Shown here in pieces: positions 37,661 through 50,476 of a DNA stretch of 64,000 nucleotides. The notes under the pieces are model-generated. The model made no database searches. It was not told the DNA's origin and saw only the letters and a list, made by a program, of their open reading frames with translations. Within the stretch, counting starts at the first letter, position 1, and the number at the start of each line of letters is the position of its first letter. This DNA comes from Heterodontus francisci (lineage: Eukaryota), in contig NC_090373.1 in assembly GCF_036365525.1 (NCBI RefSeq), forward strand, positions 48,876,600 through 48,940,599, in the 5' to 3' direction. The position numbers and the translations under genes were made by a program.

Positions 37661-37772
37661 TAATACCTCTACTTCAACATTAACCTCAGCCTCTTCTTTT
37701 GTGAAGACAGATGCAAAGGGCGAGTTTTAATGCTCCTGGAAGAATGCTTCTTCAGTATTTCTGCTGCTGCAT

Positions 37773-38887
37773 AGGCGCTAAACATGGTTAAAGCCTCGAG
37801 TGGCTTCCAACTGATCAAAGGGGAATAATGTAGGAAGTGAAGCTAATTAGTTTTCCTTGATTTTCCCTTTGAGGAAGGGCAAGAGTAATGTTGCAGAACT
37901 TTCTCTGGAAACAGTTTGGATACATTCTGTAACAAGAGACTGCGAATGGCCAGTAAAATCTTTTTTTATCTATATTCGTTTATGGGATGTGGGCGCCACT
38001 GTCTAGGCCATCATTTATTGCCCATTCCTAAATGCCCTTTAGAGTTTGGTGGTGAGCTGCCTTCTTGAACAGCTGCAGTTCTTGGGGTGTAGGTATAATC
38101 ACAGTGCTGTTAGGAAGGCAGTTCCAGGATTTTGACCCAGCGACAGTGAAGGAATGGCGACATAATTCCAAATCAGGATGGTGGGTGACTTGGAGGGGAA
38201 CTTCAGGTGGTGGTGTTCCCATGTATCTGTTGCCCTTGTGCTTCTCGGTGGTCGAGGTCGAGGGGTTGGAAGGTGCTGTCGAAGGAGCCTTGGTGAGTTG
38301 CTGCAGTGAATCTTGTAGCTGGTACACACTGTTGCCACTTTGCGTTGGTGGTGATGGGAGTGAATGTTGAAGGTGGTGGATGGGGTGTCAGTCAAGTGGG
38401 CTACTTTGTCCTGGATGGTGTCGAGCTTCTTGTTGGAGCAGCACCCATCCAGGCAAGTGGAGAGTATTCCATCGCACTCCTGACTTGTGCCTTGTAGATG
38501 GTGGATAGGCACTGGGGATCAGGAGGTGAGTTACTCACCACAGAATTCCCAGCCTCTGACCTGCTCTTGTAGCCACAGTATTTATGTGGCTGGTCCAGTT
38601 CAGTTTCTGGTTAATGGTAACCCCCAGGATGTTGATAGTGGGGGATTTAGCGATGGTAATGCCATTGAATATTAAAGGGATGTTTAAAAAAAAAAATCTT
38701 TTACTGCCCATTTGCAGTCCCCCCCCATTACAGAATGTATCCAAACTGTTTCCAGAGAAAGTTCTGCAACATTACTCTTGCCCTTCCTCAAAGGGTAAAT
38801 CAAAGAAAACAAATTAATTGCTCTTTCTACATTATTCCCCTTTGATCAATTGGAAGTCACTAGAGGCTTTAATCACCTTTAGCGCCT
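37773..38887. repeat. ~185-bp inverted repeat pair (fold-back palindrome) split by a LINE
   Basis: 37773-37958 is the reverse complement of 38699-38887, e.g. TTTGAGGAAGGGCAAGAGTAATGTTGCAGAACTTTCTCTGGAAACAGTTTGGATACATTCTGTAA versus its complement. Confidence 0.92.
37965..38690 (-). mobile_element. Non-LTR retrotransposon 3' fragment (same family as 18370-19117)
   Basis: KKLDTIQDKVAHL and NILGVTINQKLNWTSHI; flanked by duplicated AAAATCTTTT. Confidence 0.85.
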
Positions 38888-39084
38888 GTATCAGTTGGAT
38901 AGATTCTGCTTTGAACACTGCAAGTGGTCTGTAGACAGAATAATAATAACACAGTAAATGTTGGGCAATATAGATTCAGACGGTGAAGATTAGGACCAAC
39001 CAACTTCCTCCAATTCTTACTCTAGTCCTAATGCAAATTCTTGGAGGAAGTAACATCCCACGTGGACTGTGGAATGTACGAAAC

Positions 39085-39970
39085 AGATTGTACCTAGACT
39101 TCCAAAAAGCACTTGACAAAATCCCACATGCAAGGCTTTTAATCAAATTCAAATCTATGGGAATTCAGGGTAAATGCTGGAAATCAACAAGAAGCTTGTT
39201 GAAAGGTAGAAAACAATGAGTATTTGTTTGAGGAAATATTTAGACTGGAAAAATTACTCACCCCTGGCGCCAGGGCTGGATTTTGGGGCCACTACTATTT
39301 TTAATCATATAAATGATTTAGAGTTAAAAAATCAATGGAAAGGAGTCAGATTTGCTGATGGTAGTATATTGGGAAAGGTGATGGAATCAGAGGAAGCAGC
39401 TTAGAAATTAGACAAAATAAATGCTTGAGCAGATTAATGACAGATAATTTTAATCTGGACAAGTGCAAAGTACTGCATGTAGGATAGAAAAATAACCAAC
39501 ACATGTACTCCAAGGATATCACTGAAAAAGTGATGAATGAAATGGAACAGTTAAATATAAAGGAAGTCATGATCAAACTGTATAGCACTCTGGTCAGTTT
39601 TGGTTGCTGAGACTCAAAGGAGACATGGAAGCAATGTAGAGAGAAGTCATATCACTATTGCTGAGACGTGCTCTTTTCATCCTGGAGAGGAGGCATTGGC
39701 AAAGTGATATGAGAGTTGTTTATAAAATAGTAGATGGGATGGAAAAGGTATATTTGGATGTTCCTTTAATTTAAATTGTGGAAGCAGTACAAGGGAGACA
39801 CTGATTCAAACTTGTAAAATGTAACTTTAGGATTGATATCAGGAAGTTCTTTATCCAGGGAGTGATCGGCATTTGGAATGGACTTTCTAGAGTAGACTTT
39901 CCAATGATGAATGCCCTTTTTTTTTTGAGGAAACATTTGGATACTGCAATTGGGGAAATGCTTCAAAGTG
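39085..39970 (+). mobile_element. Highly decayed CR1 RT fragment
   Basis: LYLDFQKALDKIPHARLLIK, INDLE, RFADG and a degenerate CKVLHVG. Confidence 0.75.
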
Positions 39971-41084
39971 GATGATGTAATCTCAGCGAATTACTCTTCC
40001 TTATCCATAGTTATATGGTGATTTTGTGAATGGATTTGGGCACACTCAGTGAAGAATGTGACTACTGTGCGAAAGGAATGGGTTGGCTGTACTCTCTGAT
40101 AAGGTGGAGTGTAGCTGGGCTGGTGGAAAGAATGATTCGGTGTGCTCTGTGTTCGAGTAGATTGTAAATAGTCTGTGTAGAAATGTACTTGGAGTGAACT
40201 TTTTTTTCGTTCTATTGTTTTATTCTTATTTTTTGAAGGACTAAGTGGAAATGTGGCATCAGCCAAGTTGAATAACATGGGAAAAATCCTTAAGGAATCC
40301 TCCATGTCTTGCTGTTGTTTAGTTAGAAACACAGGAAAAACTGGCTGGTACTGACTCAGAATGTGGAAGTGAATTTTGAATGCAGGAACCACAATGGAAT
40401 GATTTGAGATGAACGTCCCCCTGCTTAATATTACCTTTCTCCTTACTTCTTCACAATGTACTCATTGGCAGCTGTCTGCAACCACTTTGTCCACAGCTGC
40501 ACCATCACAGCTATTTTGTTTAAAGTCTCTCGGGTTGATTTTATGTAATGAGCCACAGATGGTCTTTAGTACCATTTAGAAACAGACAGTTTTTTGCGTG
40601 TAGTATTTTGGGAATTGAGCTCAGCATTGATGGGATAGGTTGATGAGTCAGTGCTGCCTACGGAGGAGATCTCCTGACCTGCAATGCAAACCGGAAATCT
40701 GGCATGCCCTGCCGACAATTTTTGCACTTGTAAGATTATCTCCTAAAAGCAACACCGAATAAAATCCTGAAAATAATGGAGATGGACTGTGCTTTATACT
40801 GAGGCATCATGTTGTAATAGCCTTGGGGCCATAAGTAATATAATTTGAGATAGTAATGATCATTCGTCAGTGCATCCAATAAATAAGTGTCCAATATTCT
40901 GAGGTTAGGACGGTCTCTTTATGTAACTTCTCCCTTGAATTGTATTTAAAATGGCAAGCTCACTAAGTTTAGTATTTAGTTTCAATAACTAATGATTCTG
41001 GTATTAAAATAATGTGCAGTTACATAGAAATGGAAGCAGGACTTGACATTCCAACAGTGCTTGGATATCGCAGTCACACATATG

Positions 41085-41795
41085 GGGCTGAATTTTGTGG
41101 GGGAGGCCAAGCTCAACCCTTGACGTCGAGAAGGGCCCGCCACATGTTACCAGCGACAGGGGGACCTCAGTGCAGCCCACCCCGCCTGGCGGCAGGCCCT
41201 TCATCTGCATACTGAAATGAACCTAAATGAGATGCCAATAAACTTACCTGCAGGTGGCGGATGACCCACGTCAATTTTACTGACTCCGAAAGCAGTTCAC
41301 GCCGCTTCGGAACTCCGCATGGAATTCTGAGGCACCTGGTGGGGAGGGGGGAGGAATAACATTTTCAGGTCGGGAGGGGTGGAGCAGTGGGGAAATCAAT
41401 TTTTATTGGACGGTGGGAAGGGGTGAAAGGCCAAAAGTTTGGGGGGGTAAAGTTCGGGTAGGGAAAAAGGCATATGTTGGTCATTTCGGGCATTGAAATG
41501 ACCATTGCGGGGGTTGGGGAAGGAAATAAAATTTCACAATGCTACAACATTAAATATAAAAATTTTACTGAAGGGTTTAAAGCCCTTTAAAAATGGCAGT
41601 GGCGGCAGACGCCATCGCCGGGGATGCGGTGCCCGCCCCCTCCACCCCATCAAGGGTGGCCGCTCCGCTCCCTCTATTTAAATGAGCCCCCACGCATAAT
41701 ATCGTGGGGGCTCAGTGACGGCACATACGTGCGGGATGCTCGTTACCATTAGAGTGCGTCACTGTTCGCGGCGGCGCTCTCGTAAAATTCAGCCC
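41085..41795. mobile_element. PIF/Harbinger-type MITE
   Basis: Perfect TIRs GGGCTGAATTTT / AAAATTCAGCCC and 3-bp TSD ATG. Confidence 0.85.
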
Positions 41796-42444
41796 ATGGT
41801 GTGTGCAGGTACTTAGAGGCAAGACACTTACCTGGCAGACAAGTGTTTTACTCCTGCCTAGCTCTAGGTTTTCTGATGTAGCTTCAAGCTTTTCTTCCCA
41901 TAAGGTGTCTTTGGCTTTTGCAACTCTGGGCATTTTGATATGGCACAGCAGTCACTCCCATGTAGCTTTAGTTTGCCTTTTCCCTTCCTCTGTATACTTC
42001 AGTTTGTTAATAACTCTTCTGGTGACTTGTACTGGAATGTTTCTGGGGTTGGATCTATCCTTGCATGCTCCCATGTTCTGAAATCAATTTTTTGCTCATT
42101 ATAGAGAATAGACTGGTTCAATATTGTATGGAAGACTGAATAGTCTAACCTCCCAGTAAGACGCGCTGTCATGAAAACAAAATTAGGAGCGAGAAACTGG
42201 TGCGGTTCTGTGCAAGCATCTCAAGTTTGGAAAAGTGATTTAATTTCAAAGTTGGACAGTGAATGATGACAGGCTGTTCTTTGCTGGGGACAGGCAGATT
42301 GGTGTGGGGGCTCATAAAATGGCGAGGGAAGGCCGGGGATGGAGGGCGGTGGTGGTGTGTGGAGTGGCTTCCCGACGCCATTGAATTTTGACATGGGCGG
42401 GGATGATCGAGGTCGGCCTGCCCGCCCAGAGGCCAATTAAGGCG

Positions 42445-43885
42445 GTGATGATAATCAATGAGAGGCAGCGATGATGGCGATCGGGGGGAAATAGCAATGA
42501 TGATGAACGGAGAGGGATATCTGTGGTGATTATCGGGAAGAGGTAGTAGTGTTGATGATTGGGGAGGAGAAACGATGATGATCGTGGAGAGGTAGCGATG
42601 ATGATTATCGGGCAGATCTACTGATTTTGATGATGAGGGAGAGGTAGCGGTGTGGATGATCGGGGGTGGGTAGCGATGATGTTGATTGGGTAGAGGTAGC
42701 CGTGTTGATCATCGGGGAGAGGTAGTCGTGTTGATCATCGGGGAGAGGTAGCTATGATGATCATTGGCGAGAGGTAGTGAAGATGATGATAGCGAAGAGG
42801 TAGTGGTGTTGATGATCGGGGAGAGTTAGTGATGTTGATGATGGGGGAGAGGTAGCCGGGTTGATCAACGGGGAGAAATAGTGATGTTGATGATCGGGGA
42901 GGGGAATCGATGACGATCATCGGGGAGGGGTGGCTATGATGATGATCAGGGAGAGGTAGCGATATAGATGATCGAGGAGAGGTAGGAATGTTGATGATTG
43001 GGGAGAGGTAGCGATGATGACGACCGGGGAGAGGTAACAGCGATGATGATCAGGGAGGGGTAATGATGATGATGTTCAGAGAGAGGTAGCAAAGATGATG
43101 ATCGGGGAGAAGTAGGGATGATGGTGAGTGGGGAGAGGTAGCGATGATGATGATGATCAGGGAAGAGGGTGCAGTGTTGATGAGCGGGAAGAGGTAGCGA
43201 TGTTGATGATTGGGGAGGGGTAGCAGTGATGATGATCGGGAAGAGGGTGCAATGTTGATGAGCGGGAAGAGGTAGTGATGTTGTTGATTGAGGAGAGGTG
43301 GCAATGATGATGATCAAGGAGACATAGCGATGTTGATGATCGGGAAGAGGTAGCCGTGTTGATGATCAGGAAGAGGTAGCGGTGTTCATGATCGGGGAGG
43401 GAAAGCAATGATAATCATCGGGGAGGGGTAGTGATATTGATGATCGGGTAGGTGTAGCTATGATGGTCATCGGGGAGGGGTAGCTATGATTATGATTGGG
43501 GAGAGGTAGCGATATTGATGATCGGGGAGGGGTAGCGATGTTGATGATTGGGGAGGGCTAGCAGTGTTGATGATCAGGGTGAGTTAGCAATTTTGATTAT
43601 TGGGCAGGGCTACTGATGTTGATGAGGGAGAGGTAGTGGTGTTGATGATCGGGGTGGGGTAGCGATGTTGTTGATCGGGTAGATGTTGATGTTGATGATC
43701 GGGTAGAGGTAGCACTTTTGATGATCGGGGTGGGTTAGACATGATGATCATTGGCGAGAGGTAGTGATGATGTTGACCACGAAGAGGTAGTGGTGATCGG
43801 GAAGTGGTAGCGATGTTGATGATCGGGGAGGGGTAGCTGTTGTGATTGGTAGAGTTAATGATGGCGATCAGGGAGAGATAACAAC
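42445..43885. repeat. Degenerate minisatellite of the same family as 36200-37660 (~26-bp unit GATGTTGATGATCGGGGAGAGGTAGC)
   Basis: Same core and orientation, with many substitutions between units. Confidence 0.93.
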
Positions 43886-44277
43886 AGCAATTGGGGCTGG
43901 TGGCTTGCTGTGTCTGGCAATGTCTCACGTTCTATAATAGCACTTCTGCTCATCCTTGCATCATATTCTTGTATCTTTTAAGACATGACCCATTAGCAAC
44001 CACCTGTAAAACCACACCTAGAGCCTGGATTTCCTAAGTGAAGCTAGCATTAGCTGTTTCCAGGCAATTAAATCTTGCGGAAGTGGCTCCAAGCAAGTGT
44101 TAGCTCCTCTATGTGCCCATGTAAATATGTCACGCCTCTTTCAGGTATAGGCGCTGCATGCCGATTTTTTCTTACCTAACGAGCTCTTGCTGAACATGCG
44201 CTTCCTAACTGGTTGGAATCTTCTCAGTCCCGTGGAGGCAGTTTTGAAGACAGAACTGGGAGCAAGACTCTTGCCGG

Positions 44278-47157
44278 TGTTATGAAAGGCTTCTTTTTTT
44301 AAAAATATGTTTTTAAGGACTCATATTGAAATTGCGGAAATGGATTTATTTGGAAGCCCGTAGAGATGCTGGACTCTTATCACTGGTGTCATTGAAAGGT
44401 TCTTGACTGAAAACACTTACAAGAAGAAGCAAGAAGTGCTGAAAACAATGTCTACTGGAGATCACCTGCCTTAAGATAAACAAACAACCGGAACCTTAGA
44501 CTAAGGGGAGATGTTTACAGCAAACCATATGTCAAGATTATGGAGGTCAGGAGGTTGACTTTCTGTTTTGGGGTTTGGATTGTTTTCAGTTCAGTTGGGG
44601 TATGAATTGTTTGGAAGACAGTGGTGTTTTGCCTGCCAAGGAAAAGGAAATCCCCCAACTCATCTTTCCTGCACTTCTCTAAGAGAGCCTGAGAAGTTCA
44701 ATGTGTCAGCCTCTTTCTTCCTGTCTTTGGAAAAATACTGGATTCAAGTGTGTGCTGGCTGAAACTCCTGATGCCACATTTCTCCTGGAAAAACCTGCCA
44801 GATTAATTCTTGACGCTGCCTGAAAAGAACTGCTCCAGAAAAGATCTCAGTGACCTGTCACCGAAATCCCTTCACCAGACCAAAAGGGACAACTAATATC
44901 CTTCCATATCTTTCCTTTTTTCTTCAAGAATTAGCAAGTATTTGCCCAAAGTATTCTTTTTTTGTTTTTTCTTGTAACAGACATCTGTAGAGAGAATTTC
45001 TGTATTTTTTTCAGTGTGTGTGTGTGTGTGAGCTTGTGTGTGGGGGATTTTAAAAGGGAACTTTCATCTTTCAATCTGTGTGTTAATGCTGTGCGTCATT
45101 ACTGGATAAGGTTTGTTTTAAAATAAACTCATAGTTTTGCTGTTTATTAAAGAAACCTGGCTGGTGTAGTTAATTCTAGGATAAAGAAATTAGAAAAGCA
45201 AAGAGAGGACGTGAAAAATTATTGGCAGGTAAAATCAAGGAAAATCCAAAGATGTTTTATCAGTACATTAAGAGCAAAGGATAGGGCCTATCAGAGATGT
45301 ACAAGGGAACTTATGCGTGGATGCAGAAGATGCGGGCAGGGTTCTTAATGAGTTTTTTGTCTTTGTCTTCAAAGGAGAGGTTTGATGCAGACATTGTGGT
45401 TAAAGAGGAGGAGTTTGAAATATTAGATACGATAAGCATAATGGGAGAGGAAGTACGAGAGGGTCTGACATCCTTGAAAGTGGATAAATCACCAGGGCCG
45501 GACGGATTGCATCCCAGGTTGTTAAAGGAAGCCAGTGAGGAAATAACAGATGCGCTGAGGATCATCTTCAAATCCTCACTAGATACATGTGAGGTACAAG
45601 ATGATTGGAGGTCTGCTAACGTTATACCATTATTTAAAAAGGGTGCGAGGGATAGGCTAAATAATTATAGGCCGGTCAGTCTGTCCTCGGTGGTGGGTAA
45701 ATTGTTAGAATCAATTCTGAGGGACAGGATAAACTGCCACTTAGAAAGGCAGAGATTAATCAGGGATAGTCAGCACGGTTTTGTTAGGGGAAGGTCATGT
45801 CTTACTAAATTAATTGAGTTTTTTGAGGAAGTAACAAGGAGGATTGATGAGGTTAGTGCAGTGGATGTGGTCTACATAGATTTTAGTAAGGCATTTGACA
45901 AGGTCCCATATGGCTGACTGGTCAGTAAAATGAAAGCCCATGGGATACAGGGGAATGTAGCAAGTTGGATCCAGAATTGGTTTAGGAACAGGAAGCAAAG
46001 GGCAGTAGTCAACAGATGTTTTTGCGAATGGAAAGCGGTTTCCAATGGCATTCCACAGGATTCAGTGTTGGGTTCCTTGCTGTTTGTGGTATATACTAAT
46101 GATTTGGACTTAAATGTGGGAGGCATGATTGGGAAATTTGCTGATGACACAAAAATTGGCCGTGTAGTTAATATTGAAGAGGATAGCTGTAGACTCCAGA
46201 ATGATATCAATGGTTTGGTTGAGTGGGAGGGGAAGTGGCAAGTGGAATTCAATGCAGAGAAGTGTGAGGTGATACATTTGGGAGGGTAAATAAAACCAGG
46301 CAATACACAATAAACAGGAAGATATTGAGAGGGGTAGAAAAAGTGAGAGACCTTGGTGTGCACATCCACAGGTCCCTGAAGGTGGCAGGACAGGTGGATA
46401 GAGTGGTGAAGAAGGCATATGGATTGCTTTCCTTTATTGGCCCAGGTATAGAATACAAAAGCAGGGATGTGATGCTGGAACTGTATAAAACACTGGTGAG
46501 GCCAAAGCTGGAGTATTGCGTACAGTTCTGGTCACCAGATTACAGAATGATCATAATTGCTCCAGAGAGAGTACAGAGGAGATTTACAAGAATGTTGTCA
46601 GGGCTTGAAAGTTGCAGCTATGAGGAAAGATTGGATAGGCTAGGATTGTTTTCCCTGGAACTGAGGAGGCTGAGGGGAGACTTAATTGAGGTGTACAAAA
46701 TTATGAAGGCCTAGATAGAGTGGACAGGAAGGACCTATTTTCTCTGGCGGGGAGGTCAGTTATCAGGGGGCACAGATTTAAGGCGATTTGTAGAAGGTTT
46801 AGAGGGGACATGAGGAGGTACTTTTTCACTCAGAGAATGGGTGTCTGGAATTCACTGCCAAGAACATTGGTGGAGGCAGAAACCCTCAATTCTTTTAAAA
46901 GCTACCTGGACATGTACCTGAAGTGCTGTAACCTGCAAGGATATGGGACAGGTGCTGGAAGGTGGGATTAGATTGGGCAGGTAGTTTTTTCTCAGCTGGC
47001 GTGGACATGATGGGCTGAATGGCCTCCTTTTGTGCTGTAATTGTTCTATGGTCCTAATGAGTAGAGCATATGATTGACCCCATTTAAATGTATGTTTTGA
47101 CCTGTGGAGAAGTGGAACTAGAAAGAACAGTGCACTCCTCCCACCTCGGTCGTAACA
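44278..47157 (+). mobile_element. Solo Gypsy-type LTR interrupted by a CR1
   Basis: Starts TGTTATGA and ends TCGTAACA (inverted termini), with AATAAA at ~45122. The 3' end ...CCACCTCGGTCGTAACA resembles the LTR end at 56510-56523. No clear TSD. Confidence 0.65.
45185..47056 (+). mobile_element. 5'-truncated CR1 LINE
   Basis: KSPGPDGLHPRLLKE, QHGFVRGRSCLT, DFSKAFDKVP, GKFADDTK and LEYCVQFWSP. Confidence 0.93.
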
Positions 47158-48971
47158 ACAGAGGCGGGTGAACATTGACAGAGGTAGGTAGCCAATATTA
47201 AGTAATTAAGGGACTAATGGGGGAGACAGGGAGGACTCTGCTGGAATTTTCCCAGCAGCTGAGCAGATTCCTACTGGGTGCAGAGCCTGATAGCTCTGTG
47301 TAAGTGGTATCCTGGTGGCAGGCCGGGGATCCATCGGAACCGGAGGCTCCATTCCCCATTGATAGAACCGCGGGGATGAAAGGCCACCGCCGTGGCCGAA
47401 GTGAATCCTCAGAAGGGGTTTTCCCCTCCAGTGTGATGGCTCTGCCATCTTCGGGCCTTTTTATTTTTGTAATTATATTAACGCTTCTGAGGGTGCCTCC
47501 ATTTTGAGGTGCCCTCATGCTCTCCTTTCTGCCTTAGCAGCGCCCATCTCTCCCGTTGGGCTGGCCAGCTATCCTGAGCTCTGGGCCCTCTGATTGGGCC
47601 TGCAGCTTCAGGAACTGCTGACCTTAATTGGATGGCAGACGTGGAGCCTGCCAAATGGGAGGAAATGATCCCGATGCCTGAAAAAAATCTGCCATCATAA
47701 GATTCTGCCCAAGGCTTAGCAGATCACTAGCACCTAAGAAAACAATACTGCTCAGCCGAATTTAATGGCCATAGCCTTCACGAAAGATTACTAATTAGAT
47801 GATCATGTAGAGCTGCTGGCACCTGTAGAATTATATCCCTCCATGAGCTGCTGTATTCAGCAGAAAGAAGGGGAGGAAACTGGTTTTCAACTAGGGGATA
47901 TAATACTTTTTCATCAATTGAACTTAAAGGACAGAACAGCTATTTTTCTAAAGAATACTGAGGTATTGTTTTTTCCAATGGGATAACACTCAACCTCAAT
48001 TAATTCCCCCAAATAGAAAACTGAAGATGGAGTCAATGATTTGACAGTACTTCTCACTTTAACAGACAGCACATGGAGAGCTGATGAAGGTCAACAGTTA
48101 TAGTTGTTAAGAATCATAAATGAAATGAATTGTGGCAGTCTCAGTCTAGTCCCCATGGACACATTAGTCCATAACTTGAAACTACCAGGGAGTTACTTAT
48201 GTGTGAAGAAGGAAATATCAGCTGATGGATGAGAACTCAATTGGCTAAAGACGGAAAGCACATTGTATAAGGTTACTTCGCTAGCTTCACTGCATCCCAT
48301 TACAACAATCTGAGTTGCATGGATCACTGTCATTTACACACCTGATCAAGAAAATCATCTAGTAATCTGCAGTTATATTAATCCATTTTCAAAGACCATA
48401 CATGATAGCTGTCTTGTAGGATGAAAAGGGCAATATTATTTATGCATCAAAATTAATAATGAACATGATTACACTTATTCTATTCAAATTAATTTAGTAA
48501 TTAAAATGTGGTGAAGTTCTGATGAAGTGTATTTGCAAACTAAATATTTTTCAATTCTAAAAGGGAACAATAATTGTGGGTGCTAGCTTTGTAATGCCAT
48601 CACATTTTGATTCCTACTGTGCCCTGTGACCAGGAAAGATTCACTGAGAAACATCTCCTTTGATTGGATTTGGTATAAATTATTGAATAATTCTGGTCTG
48701 TAATCTTGTAATAGATATATTGAAACTGCTAAATATGTGTTCAGCAGTGTAGCTTAAAAATGTCTGAAAATAGAAATCCACAAGTGTTACATTGAGAATC
48801 GAAGAATACAGGAGTCAGCATGAATCCACAGATTCTACACTTTGATTGGCTTTCCATGGAGGTCGGAGTTAATACCATTGTTTGGTTTTGTAACTCATTG
48901 ACATTTCAGCAAGCTTTTCTTCAGTGTCTCAGGAACCTTGTGTAGCACTGAATATTCTGTTATTCATTGAG

Positions 48972-49093
48972 AGGAGTGGAAGGTTATCGGGGGTAGGTGG
49001 AGTAATCAGTTCAGCCCTGAAATTATTGAATGGCGGAGCAGGCTCGAGGGGTTGAGTGGCCTACTCCTGCTCCTAATTTGTATGTACGTATGA
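48972..49093 (+). mobile_element. CR1 3'-UTR fragment
   Basis: ttgaatggcggagcaggctcgagggg..gagtggcctactcctgctccta matches the reverse complement of the CR1 tails at 14275 and 59735. Confidence 0.8.
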
Positions 49094-50112
49094 GACTTCT
49101 GTGTCAAGTTTTTCAGCCATGCCCTCCCAAATAAATTGGCTCCTGCAGGAAGGATTAATTTAGACCCATAGTAATAAAAGTGGTGCTAAATTGAATTATT
49201 TCCCTTAAAATGATGCCTTAGTACAATATCTGGACAAAATTTTGCTTTTGGTGATTTAGTGATACGACATTTACATTTTGCTTCAAGATAATATATTAAA
49301 AGGGATACATGAGTGACTAGCATCTTCTTGACTTTCACCTCACATATAGGTTCCTTGTGACAGTTCAATTAAATTTTTAATAAAATTATCAGTCATTTCA
49401 CGTTGAAATTTTAGCAATGATCATGTCTGAAAAACATTAAACAAAATAATATGAAAGCTATATCGGCAATTTTCTCCCTATAAATTGCAGCTGGAATAAT
49501 GGTAAACTACTGTTTGTAATTTATCTAAATTACTTTTAAGTATGATGCAACATTGGAATAAGACTCAATGGAATTGGCAGGTCAATATCTTAGATATTAG
49601 TAGTGTGCTGATAATCAATAGACACTGATGTAATCAGTTGAACAAAGCAAGTGAATTGTAGCAATTGAAGCGTATCTAAACGGGCACTGGGCCAGGTATG
49701 TTGGGTTCAAATTGTTCCTTTAGAAACATCTCAGTTGTTAAAATTGGCCAGGAGACTTACCTGCCACCATCCTGCTCTGTTCCTGCTATGTTCTATGTTA
49801 ACTTGTTCATTAGAGCAGGTGGAAAAGACACCCATCTGAAACTGGTGAGGTTTTCTTTGAATATGAAGATCGGGGTCCATTGATGTCATCAGGCCTAGAC
49901 TGCTAGTTTAACTGGTGGCCTGGGTGTGGGAAACCATTGTGGCTTTCCTGCTAGGGAAAGCTACCGAGAAGAGCCAGAGCGAGAAGAGGTCCAAGAAGTA
50001 AATATTTTTTACTTTTTCCACTTGCCTTGTGGAGATAGACAGGCCTGAAAGTTTAGGCTTCCTCTGCTGCGAGCTCCCTCCTCTCCCCACAACCTTCCCA
50101 TTACTGTGACTT

Positions 50113-50476
50113 TATTTTTTATTTATTTATTTTATTTAGAGATACAGCACTGAAACAGGCCCTTCAGCCCACCGAGTCTGTGCCGACCATCAACCACCCA
50201 TTTATACTAATCCTACACTAATCCCATATTCCTACCACATCCCCACCTGTCCCTATATTTCCCTACCACCTACCTCTACTAGGGGCAATTTATAATGGCC
50301 AATTTACCTGTCAACCTGCAAGTCTTTTGGTGGTGGGAGGAAACCGGAGCACCCGGAGGAAACCCACGCAGACACAGGGAGAACTTGCAAACTCCACACA
50401 GGCAGTACCCAGAATTGAACCCGGGTCGCTGGAGCTGTGAGGCTGCGGTGCTAACCACTGCGTCACTGTGCCGCCC
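50113..50476 (-). mobile_element. Full-length HE1-type SINE
   Basis: GGGCGGCACAGTGACGCAGTGGTTAGCACCGC...CCCGGGTTCAATTC head, V-domain and (TAAA)n tail; collinear with 32767-33085. Confidence 0.92.

Noticed and set aside
35142-40563. Candidate minus-strand exons 40447-40563 (PSVAHYIKSTRETLNKIAVMVQLWTKWLQTAANEYIVK) and 35142-35212 (LCLMKDSGNKLLPGESSQGSLVK)
   Set aside because: I recognise no homology, the first has a weak acceptor, and their phases are incompatible. A host gene is neither supported nor excluded.
36200-43885. CRISPR-like look of a constant core plus variable spacers
   Set aside because: The spacers are short GAT/GTG triplet variants rather than unique sequences, there are no cas genes, and the context is vertebrate.
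32767-50476. tRNA-like A/B boxes at ~33030-33085 and ~50410-50476
   Set aside because: These are SINE heads joined to V-domain and LINE-derived tails, not tRNA genes.
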